DNA of 62,306 bases from an uncultured bacterium. Lineage in GTDB: Bacteria; Chloroflexota; Limnocylindria; QHBO01. Position 1 is the first letter of the stretch, and each line of letters begins with the position of its first letter. Below the pieces are notes generated by a model that saw nothing but the letters and a program-made list of their open reading frames with translations, was not told where the DNA came from and searched no databases. Of the stretch, positions 1 through 7,473 are shown one piece after another. A program made the position numbers and the translations under genes. Location of the stretch: assembly GCA_965652075.1 (NCBI GenBank), contig CBFGTN010000006.1:1-62306 (forward strand), given 5' to 3'.

Positions 1-386
1 CCGAGTATGGCTATGACGTTGAGACGTACACGGACGCGCTGCCCGGCATCGAGCAGCTTACGGCTTCGCGACCTGACCTCATCGTCGTTGACTTGCGCCT
101 CGATCCCGAGCGCGAGGAGTTGACTGGCGGGCAGATCGTTCACTCCGTGAGGTCCGGAACGTCGCTGCGCGACGTGCCGATCATTGTGTGCACGGCCGCT
201 CTGGACGTGCTGCGCGAGACGTGGCCCGAGCTGATGGAGCGCGGCGACATCCATCAACTCGAGAAGCCATTCGATCTCCCGACATTCGAACGAGTGGTGC
301 AGACTGCCCTCAGTCTGGAGCGTCCGGACTTCGGCTCTGGCTTTTCGGGCGAGCAGATTCGCGAGACAGGAGACGTGGGGCGCTGA
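1..386 (+). CDS. Response regulator receiver domain protein (5' truncated by window edge)
   Basis: Frame open from position 3: ...GYDVETY..ASRPDLIVVDLRL (phospho-Asp), DVPIIVCTA, LEKPFDL receiver motifs. Confidence 0.85.
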   Translation, partial: EYGYDVETYTDALPGIEQLTASRPDLIVVDLRLDPEREELTGGQIVHSVRSGTSLRDVPIIVCTAALDVLRETWPELMERGDIHQLEKPFDLPTFERVVQTALSLERPDFGSGFSGEQIRETGDVGR

Positions 387-616
387 TGGAAGCTGAACGG
401 CGAGAGCGGCTGAACATTCACGCGATCCAGGTCTCACTTCGCTCGGCCCGGCTTGGACTGGCCAAGCAGGACCGTCGGACGACCGAGCGCGGCAACGAGC
501 TGCTCGACCGAGCGCGTCAAAACGCGACCTCGCCGGCGATCCTCGAAGCGATCGAGGCCGTGCAGGATGACTGGGATCGTGGGTCAGCCGTGCCACATGA
601 GGACGAGGCTCAATAG
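386..616 (+). CDS. Small hypothetical helical protein
   Basis: ATG overlaps the upstream TGA (TGATG coupling); MEAERRERLNIHAIQ..., 76 aa. Confidence 0.55.
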   Translation: MEAERRERLNIHAIQVSLRSARLGLAKQDRRTTERGNELLDRARQNATSPAILEAIEAVQDDWDRGSAVPHEDEAQ

Positions 617-719
617 CCGCGTAGTCTCGGGCCCGCCTGTAACCCACCTCCAGATGCGGAGCACTCGCGAGCGGACTGCCAAGCCACGCATACGTCGCTG
701 ACCACCGAGCGGAAGGCGG

Positions 720-735
720 TGGCACGGGCGATGCA
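720..735 (+). promoter_or_regulatory. Putative sigma54 (-24/-12) promoter
   Basis: TGGCACGGGCGATGCA gives GG-N10-GC with the TGGCACG core, about 45 bp upstream of the ATG at 779. Confidence 0.5.
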
Positions 736-778
736 TCGGCGCACCACCCTTACGTCACCGCAAATGGGGGAAAGCCCG

Positions 779-1303
779 ATGACCGACCAGTCCACCACCC
801 TCGACTCCCCGACTACGGGCGAGTCGACCCATCCGCTGGCCGAGACCGGCAGGGAGGCGGGCGAGCGCGCCAGCCACCTCGTCGATCGCGGTGCCGAGAT
901 CGGGTTCCGACAGGCCGACCGCGGCCTCGACCAGGCCGTCGACGGCATCGAGTCAGTCGCCGACAGCATCCGACGCGTGTCGCTCGACATGGAGGCCGAA
1001 CGGCCCCAGATCGCCGAATTCGCGTCCGGCGCGGCCGATCAGGCGGAGGCGATCGCTCGACACCTCCGCGAGACCGACGTGCGCGAGCTCATCGGCAATG
1101 TCGAGGACTTCGCGCGGCGCCAGCCGCTGCTCTTCGTCGGTGGCGCGTTCCTTCTGGGCGTTGCCGCGTCGCGCTTCATCAAGGCCGCCACTGGCCCTGG
1201 TCAGACCACGCGCTCGCAGCATCTCCAGTCTGGAAACGGCACGAACACCAGTCGCCGGACGACGGGCACCGCCCAGTGGCCGGCGTCCGACCAGGGGTAC
1301 TGA
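779..1303 (+). CDS. ElaB/YqjD(DUF883)-like stress-type protein with C-terminal hydrophobic helix
   Basis: VEDFARRQPLLFVGGAFLLGVAASRFIK signature; SD-like GGGGGAAAG upstream. Confidence 0.7.
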   Translation: MTDQSTTLDSPTTGESTHPLAETGREAGERASHLVDRGAEIGFRQADRGLDQAVDGIESVADSIRRVSLDMEAERPQIAEFASGAADQAEAIARHLRETDVRELIGNVEDFARRQPLLFVGGAFLLGVAASRFIKAATGPGQTTRSQHLQSGNGTNTSRRTTGTAQWPASDQGY

Positions 1304-1304
1304 G

Positions 1305-1700
1305 ATGGCCGAGCCAGCTGATGCCCGGGGCATCGGCACACTGCTCGGTGACCTCGGCCGCCAGGTCAGCACCCTGGTCAAGAAGGAGATCGATCTCGCT
1401 CGGGTCGAAGTCACGTCCGCCATCGGCCGGATGGGCCGCGGCGCGGCGCTCACAGGCGCCGGCGGCGCACTCATCTACGCCGGCCTGCTTGTCGTGCTTA
1501 TCTCGATCGTGCTGATGCTGATCGATGCCGGGCTCGACCCGTGGGCCGCTGCACTCGTCGTGGGCGGAGTTGCCCTGGCCGTCGGCATCGGCGTTCTGAT
1601 GATCGGCGTGCAGGCGATCCGCGAGACCGATTTCGCGCCGAAGCAGACCGCGGAGACCGTTCGGGAGAACGTCGAGTTCGTCAAGGAGCAGGTGAAGTGA
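1305..1700 (+). CDS. YhjD/'holin-X' (phage holin family-like) two-TM membrane protein
   Basis: IGTLLGDLGRQVSTLVKKEIDLARVE, two TM segments, PKQTAETVREN. Confidence 0.8.
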   Translation: MAEPADARGIGTLLGDLGRQVSTLVKKEIDLARVEVTSAIGRMGRGAALTGAGGALIYAGLLVVLISIVLMLIDAGLDPWAAALVVGGVALAVGIGVLMIGVQAIRETDFAPKQTAETVRENVEFVKEQVK

Positions 1701-2506
1701 CCACGCAACGAAACGAGGACGAGCGGCTCCCTGCTGAGGGCGCCACGGATCTCTCGGATGACACGACGGAGGCAGGCTCCCTGACCGAGGAGGAGCGGGC
1801 CGAGGCGATCGAGATCCGGGCCGACATCGAGGAGACGCGCGAAGAGATGGGCGAGACCTTGCAGGAGTTGGGCGATCGGCTCGAGCCCGGACATCTCATG
1901 CAACAGGCAAAAGACAATGTCCGCGACGCGACGATCGGTCGGGTCGAGGAGACCGCAAAGGGGGTATCAGACGTGGTGTTGGAGACGATCAAGAACAACC
2001 CCATTCCGGCCGCGATGGCCGGCGCCGGGCTGGCGCTGCTGTGGATGAACCGGTCAGATCGCAGCAGCGGTTATCGAACGGGTGCCTATCGACCCGGTGG
2101 CTACAGCCAGCCGACGTACGATCGACGCGAAGGGTCGGGTATCGGCCAGAAGGTCGGCGACGCCGCCGGCTCGGTCGGTGACACGGTCGCCGGAGCGGTC
2201 GGGTCGGTAAAGGGCACGGCCGAAGATGCTGTTGGCACCATCACCGATGGCGCCGCCCAGACTGCTGAACAGGTCGGATGGCGGCTCGACGAGTTCATGC
2301 AGGCGAGCCCGCTCGCGGTCGGGGCGATCGCCATCGGTGCGGGGGTCCTTGCCGGAACCATCCTGCCCGAGACGCAGCAGGAGCGACAGCTTCTTGGCGA
2401 TGCGTCCCGGCAGGTCGCGGACACGGTCCGCCAGACCGTCGACGACGTCGCCACCAAGGCCGAGGAGACCCTGGACGAGACTGAGGAGAAGATTTCGGTC
2501 ACGTAG
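1697..2506 (+). CDS. DUF3618-domain protein
   Basis: GTGA overlap; EIRADIEETREEMGETLQELGDRLEP; NNPIPAAMAGAGLALL; SPLAVGAIAIGAG..LPETQQE. Confidence 0.8.
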   Translation: MTTQRNEDERLPAEGATDLSDDTTEAGSLTEEERAEAIEIRADIEETREEMGETLQELGDRLEPGHLMQQAKDNVRDATIGRVEETAKGVSDVVLETIKNNPIPAAMAGAGLALLWMNRSDRSSGYRTGAYRPGGYSQPTYDRREGSGIGQKVGDAAGSVGDTVAGAVGSVKGTAEDAVGTITDGAAQTAEQVGWRLDEFMQASPLAVGAIAIGAGVLAGTILPETQQERQLLGDASRQVADTVRQTVDDVATKAEETLDETEEKISVT

Positions 2507-2524
2507 CCAACTCTCGTCACATTT

Positions 2525-2557
2525 CGAGCCCGGCTCGCGCTCTGCGGGCCGGGTTCG
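2525..2557. terminator. Hairpin between convergent DUF3618 gene and tRNA-Leu
   Basis: CGAGCCCGGCTCGC-gctct-GCGGGCCGGGTTCG stem with G-U pairs. Confidence 0.5.
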
Positions 2558-2576
2558 TCGCAATTGGCGGTGACGC

Positions 2577-2663
2577 TGGTGCCGGGGGTGGGACTCGAAC
2601 CCACACGGGCTTGCGCCCATCGGTGTTTGAGACCGACGCGTCTACCGATTCCGCCACCCCGGC
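2577..2663 (-). tRNA. tRNA-Leu(CAA)
   Basis: Reverse complement GCCGGGGTGGCGGAATCGGTAGACGCG..CTCAAAC..long variable arm..GTTCGAGTCCCACCCCCGGCACCA. Confidence 0.97.
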
Positions 2664-2688
2664 GAGGGCACGTCATTATAGGAAGCCG

Positions 2689-3300
2689 ATGGCCGACCAC
2701 CCCGAGCCGACCACTGGTGCCCGCACGCAGCCGCTTCCCGATGAAGCGGCTGTCATCGCACGTGCCTCCGACGGCGATCGGACCGCCTTCGCGCAGCTCA
2801 TGGAGCATTACCAGAGCGCGTGCTACGGCCTCGCGTGGCGCCTGCTCGGTGACCCGGACCAGGCGGCCGACGCGACCCAGGACGCGTTCATCCACGCCTA
2901 CCGGGCGATCGGCTCCTATCGCGGCGGCATCTTCCGGTCGTGGCTGCTGCGGATCACCGCCAACGCGAGCTACGACATCCTCCGTCGCCAGCAGCGCCGT
3001 CCCGCCGGCCCGCTGCCGGATCCCGAAGAGGGTGCGCCCGAGCTGCCGGACGCAGCGGCGGTCAACCCCGACGTCGAAGCCACGAAGGCCGAGATGTACC
3101 GCCATCTCGAGCGAGCGCTTGCGCGGCTGCCGGAAGATCAGCGGATCGCGATCGTCCTGTGCGACGTCTACGGCATGGACTACAACGAGGTGGCGGCGAT
3201 GACCCAGGCGGCCCTTGGGACCGTGAAGTCACGCATCCATCGCGGGCGCCTGCGCCTGCGCGAGCTGCTCGCCGAGCACCGGGAACTCTTTCAGCGATGA
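2689..3300 (+). CDS. ECF RNA polymerase sigma factor (sigma-70 group 4)
   Basis: AADATQDAF, FRSWLLRITANASYD (region 2); YNEVAAMTQAALGTVKSRIHRGR (region 4). Confidence 0.95.
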   Translation: MADHPEPTTGARTQPLPDEAAVIARASDGDRTAFAQLMEHYQSACYGLAWRLLGDPDQAADATQDAFIHAYRAIGSYRGGIFRSWLLRITANASYDILRRQQRRPAGPLPDPEEGAPELPDAAAVNPDVEATKAEMYRHLERALARLPEDQRIAIVLCDVYGMDYNEVAAMTQAALGTVKSRIHRGRLRLRELLAEHRELFQR

Positions 3301-3319
3301 TCGCGTCTGTCCCGAAAGC

Positions 3320-4000
3320 ATGCTGATTCCGAACCACCCGCACGACGAGCGACTCTCGGCGCTGGCCTCGGGCGATCCCGAGGTGCTCGCCGATGCCGCG
3401 CTGTCCGAGCACGTCGCCTCGTGCGTGCGCTGCACCCAAACGGTCGCCGAGCTCCAGACCCTCCGGGCGTCGCTCGCCGAGCTGCCCGACCTGCAGCCAC
3501 ACCGGCCGCTCCAGCTGCTTCCGCCGGTCGAGGACACCCCGTCGCGGGCGGATGCGCTCGGTGGTTGGGCGCGGCGCTTCTTCGCACCGATGCTCACGGC
3601 CGGCGCGGCGCTCGCGCTCGTCGGGATGGTGGGCACGGTCGCCCCGTCGCTGGGCGGCATGGCGGCCTCGGGCGGCGCTGACTCGGGGGCGCAGCTTCGG
3701 GAAGCGGCGGAGCCAGCGGCCTCAGACGACCGGGCGCTGGTCGGCCAGGGTGAGTACTCGGCGCCGAGCGCGGAACCCGACTCGGTGTCGGCGAACGACA
3801 ACGGCGAGGACGGCGAGCCGGCCGCCGAGCCACTGACGTCGGAATCGGGGGAGCGCGTCGACGAGACGAGCGGCGCCGACAACCAGCGGCTCGCCCTCAC
3901 CGAGGACCGACCGATCTGGCCGATGCTCCTCTTCGCCGGCGTCGCGCTGATGATCGCCGCCGCGCTCCTGCGCTGGATCCTCGCCCCGCGGGCCGGCTGA
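3320..4000 (+). CDS. Zinc-binding anti-sigma factor (ZAS/zf-HC2), membrane-anchored
   Basis: HVASCVRC (HxxxCxxC), follows the ECF sigma gene, two hydrophobic segments. Confidence 0.85.
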   Translation: MLIPNHPHDERLSALASGDPEVLADAALSEHVASCVRCTQTVAELQTLRASLAELPDLQPHRPLQLLPPVEDTPSRADALGGWARRFFAPMLTAGAALALVGMVGTVAPSLGGMAASGGADSGAQLREAAEPAASDDRALVGQGEYSAPSAEPDSVSANDNGEDGEPAAEPLTSESGERVDETSGADNQRLALTEDRPIWPMLLFAGVALMIAAALLRWILAPRAG

Positions 4001-4004
4001 CGGC

Positions 4005-4538
4005 CTAGAGCGCCAGCCTTCCGGCGACCGCGGCGCCGACGAGCAGCAACACGATCAGCACCCCGGCCAGCAACGCCGCCCAGCCCGAGTCCCTGAACGT
4101 CGTCGGCAGCGGCTCCGGCCGTGGCGGGCGTCGGGTCCGCGGGATCGGGACCTCACCCGGCTGGCGGACGGTTCGCGGCGCAGCCCGCGTGTCGGCGGCG
4201 GTGGCGCGCCACGTTGCCCACGTCCGTGTCGAGGATGGCGCGACGGGCCGAATCGGCGGACGGCTCGCGGCCCAGTGGCTGCCGGAGGACGCGGCCGGCG
4301 TCCCGGCCACCGGGTAGGCATGGTCGAACTCGCGCCGGCGCGCGGGGTTCGAGAGGATCGCCCAGGCCTCGTTGATGCGTCGCATCTGATCGGCGGCGTT
4401 CAACGCCTCGGCGCCTTCGTGCAGGTCGGGGTGATGACGCTTCGCGAGCTGCCGATGGGCGCGCGCAACCTGGAGCGGCGTCGCGTCGCGGGAGACGCCG
4501 AGGACCGCGTAGGGATCGAGAGTCCGACCGGCCTGCAT
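4005..4538 (-). CDS. J-domain (DnaJ-like) protein with C-terminal TM helix
   Basis: DPYAVLGV..HHPD..INEAWAILSNPARRREFD; hydrophobic C-terminus. Confidence 0.88.
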   Translation of the reverse strand: MQAGRTLDPYAVLGVSRDATPLQVARAHRQLAKRHHPDLHEGAEALNAADQMRRINEAWAILSNPARRREFDHAYPVAGTPAASSGSHWAASRPPIRPVAPSSTRTWATWRATAADTRAAPRTVRQPGEVPIPRTRRPPRPEPLPTTFRDSGWAALLAGVLIVLLLVGAAVAGRLAL

Positions 4539-4593
4539 CGGGCTGATTCTACGGCGGTCGGCAGGTCGCCATCGGTCTAGACTTCATGCTCCG

Positions 4594-7473
4594 ATGCCCG
4601 ACAAACGCCCCCTGCTGATGCTCATTGACGGCCCGAGCCTCGTCTATCGCGGGTACTTCGCGCTGCCTCCATTGACCCTCTCGGACGGCACCCTGGTGAA
4701 CGCCGTCTTTGGCTTCCTGCAGATCGTCCTGCGCGGGATGCAGGACGTGAAGCCGGACTACGCGATCGTGTCGTTCGACGTCGGGAAGCCCCAGTTCCGC
4801 TTCGAGGCGTACCCCGAGTACAAGCGTGGCCGGCCGAGCATGCCGGACGACCTGCGCTCGCAGTTCCCGATCGTCCGCGAGATCGCGGCGATGATGAACA
4901 TCCCGATCCGCGAGCTCGAGGGCTACGAGGCAGACGACGTCATCGGCACGCTCACCAAGCAGGCGACGGCCGGCGGGATCGACACGATGATCGTGTCCGG
5001 CGACCTCGACGGCCTGCAGCTCGTCGACGACCATGTCCGGCTGCTCACGACGCGGATGGGCGTCGCCGCGACCGTCATCTACGACGAGGCGCGGGTCATG
5101 GAGCGGTACGGGCTGCGCCCCGACCAGATGCTCGACTACAAGGCTCTCAAGGGCGACACCTCGGACAACATCCCGGGCGTGCCCGGCGTGGGGGAGAAGA
5201 CCGCCAGCAGCCTGCTCCAGGAGTTCGCCACCCTCGACGGCATCTACGAGCGCCTCGACGAGGTGAAGGGCAAGCTTCGCGACCGGCTGGCCGAGCATCG
5301 CAACTCGGCGTTCCTCTCCCGCGAGGTCGGCCGGATCGTCACCGACCTGCCGGTCGAGCTGAACGTCGAGGAGGCGCGGACCGGCCGATACGACCGCCGT
5401 GCGGTCGCCCAGCGATTCCGCGAGCTCGAGTTCCGCTCGCTCATCGACCGCCTCCCGGCGTCGAGCATCGCGCCGACCGGCTACGACTCGCCGGATCAGG
5501 ACACGAAGGGCGGCCTCCAGCTCAGCCTCGACCTGCTCGGAGGCAAGGCCCCCGCCGAGCCCGCCATCGAGCCGCAGCCGCGTCCCGACGCCGCGAGCGA
5601 TCCGGCAGGGGCCATCGAGCACGTCGATCCGCGGATCGTCCGCACCGATGAGCAGATGACCGAGCTGTCGGCGTGGCTCGAGGCGCACGGCGACGCGATC
5701 GGCCTGGGCTGGGCCGTCGGCGCCGGCCGTCCGCTCGATCGCCAGGTCTTCGGGATCGCACTGGCCGGAGCGGATGGATCGAGCTGGTACGTGCCATGCG
5801 ACCCGTCGAGCTCCGCCCTCGAGCGCATGCCGGAGTGGTTCGCCAGCGACGAGCCTCGGCGCATCGGCCACGACCTGAAGCAGCTCGTCGTGACCCTCGC
5901 CGCCGACCGCGGCATCGAGCTGCGGGGCCGATTCTTCGACACGCTGGTCGGCGGGTACATGGTCAACCCGGCGCTCCGGTCGCAGACGATCGACGACATG
6001 GCCGCGACCCGGTTCGGAGCGACGTTACCGGAGCGGCCGCTGAGTGCGGAGACGGGAGCGGAGGAGCAGACGACCGCGCGCCGCGCGGCGGCCGAGGCGC
6101 TGACCTCGATCTTCATGGTGCCCGCGCTCGAGCAGGAGCTCGCGGAGGGCGGGCTGGCGGACCTCTTCGACGAGGTCGAGATGCCGCTCCTGCCGGTGCT
6201 GGCGCGAATGGAGCTCGCCGGGATCTCGATCGATCTCGAGGCGCTGGAGGCGATGCGCGAGGAGTTCGCCGCGACCCTCGCCGGGCTCGAGGGCCGGATC
6301 TACGAGCTCGTCGGGCATGAGTTCAACATCGGCTCGCCGCGTCAGCTCGAGACGGTGCTCTTCGACGAGCTCGGGCTGCCGTCGACGAAGCGGACGCGGA
6401 CGAGCCGCTCGACGGACGCATCGGTCCTGGAGGAGCTGCGCGACAAGCACGAGGTCATCGACCTGATTCTCGAGCACCGCCAGGTCGCCAAGCTGAAGTC
6501 GACGTACGTCGACGCGCTGCCGACGCTCGTCGACGGCGAGGGACGCCTGCACACGACGTATCAGCAGGCGGTCGCCGCCACGGGGCGGCTGTCGAGCACC
6601 GATCCGAACCTCCAGAACATCCCGATCCGGACCGCGCTCGGCCGCCGGATCCGTCGCGCGTTCGTCGCGCCCCCCGACAGGCTCCTGCTCGGCGCCGACT
6701 ACTCGCAGCAGGAGCTGCGGATCCTCGCCCACGTCTCCGGCGATCCGGGGCTGAAGGCGGACTTCGAGGCGCACTCCGACATCCACCTTGCCGCCGCGGC
6801 CCGCGTCCTCGGCCTGCAGGCGGACCAGGTCGGCCCGAAGGAGCGCAGCGTCGCGAAGATGATCAACTACGGGATCGCGTACGGGCTCTCGGACTTCGGC
6901 CTCGCGGACCGGCTGAAGATCCCGCGCGAGGAGGCACGGGTCTACATCGAGGACTACTACACCGCGTACCCGGGCATCCGGCGCTACACGACCGAGATGA
7001 AGATCCTCGCCCGCGACCAGGGCTTCGTCACGACGCTCCTCGGCCGCCGCCGCTACCTCCCGGAGCTGACCGCCCGCAACGGCGCGCTGCGATCGGCGGG
7101 CGAGCGGATGGCGATCAACATGCCGATCCAGGGCACGGCCGCGGACGGGATGAAGATCGCGATGGTCCGGCTCGACGCGGCCCTCCGCGAGCGCGAGCTG
7201 CGGTCACGGATGCTGCTCCAGGTGCACGACGAGCTCGTCTTCGAGACCGATGCGGACGAGCTGCCCGCCCTCGCGGACCTGGCGGTCGAGGTCATGGAGG
7301 GCGCGCTGCCGCTCGACGTCCCCCTCGAGGTCGACCTGAAGGTCGGCGCGAACTGGGAGCAGATGGACCGATACCTCCGTGACGACGGCGCCTGGCGGCG
7401 CGTGCCGAAGTCCGCCGGCGACGTCGCCCGCGAGGAGGCCGACGAGGAAGTCGCCGCCGCACTCGCTTCGTGA
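4594..7473 (+). CDS. polA: DNA polymerase I
   Basis: 5' nuclease (LIDGPSLVYRGYFA, GDTSDNIPGVPGVGEKTA), TGRLSSTDPNLQNIP, motif A DYSQQELR, motif C QVHDEL. Confidence 0.98.
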   Translation: MPDKRPLLMLIDGPSLVYRGYFALPPLTLSDGTLVNAVFGFLQIVLRGMQDVKPDYAIVSFDVGKPQFRFEAYPEYKRGRPSMPDDLRSQFPIVREIAAMMNIPIRELEGYEADDVIGTLTKQATAGGIDTMIVSGDLDGLQLVDDHVRLLTTRMGVAATVIYDEARVMERYGLRPDQMLDYKALKGDTSDNIPGVPGVGEKTASSLLQEFATLDGIYERLDEVKGKLRDRLAEHRNSAFLSREVGRIVTDLPVELNVEEARTGRYDRRAVAQRFRELEFRSLIDRLPASSIAPTGYDSPDQDTKGGLQLSLDLLGGKAPAEPAIEPQPRPDAASDPAGAIEHVDPRIVRTDEQMTELSAWLEAHGDAIGLGWAVGAGRPLDRQVFGIALAGADGSSWYVPCDPSSSALERMPEWFASDEPRRIGHDLKQLVVTLAADRGIELRGRFFDTLVGGYMVNPALRSQTIDDMAATRFGATLPERPLSAETGAEEQTTARRAAAEALTSIFMVPALEQELAEGGLADLFDEVEMPLLPVLARMELAGISIDLEALEAMREEFAATLAGLEGRIYELVGHEFNIGSPRQLETVLFDELGLPSTKRTRTSRSTDASVLEELRDKHEVIDLILEHRQVAKLKSTYVDALPTLVDGEGRLHTTYQQAVAATGRLSSTDPNLQNIPIRTALGRRIRRAFVAPPDRLLLGADYSQQELRILAHVSGDPGLKADFEAHSDIHLAAAARVLGLQADQVGPKERSVAKMINYGIAYGLSDFGLADRLKIPREEARVYIEDYYTAYPGIRRYTTEMKILARDQGFVTTLLGRRRYLPELTARNGALRSAGERMAINMPIQGTAADGMKIAMVRLDAALRERELRSRMLLQVHDELVFETDADELPALADLAVEVMEGALPLDVPLEVDLKVGANWEQMDRYLRDDGAWRRVPKSAGDVAREEADEEVAAALAS

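Noticed and set aside
1305-1700. 'Holin' as evidence of a prophage
   Set aside because: This family is usually chromosomal in stress cassettes, and there is no endolysin, capsid, terminase or integrase nearby
6025-6027. Rare TTA codon in polA together with tRNA-Leu(TAA), suggesting bldA-like control
   Set aside because: A single codon in a variable region of a housekeeping gene; no evidence of regulatory use
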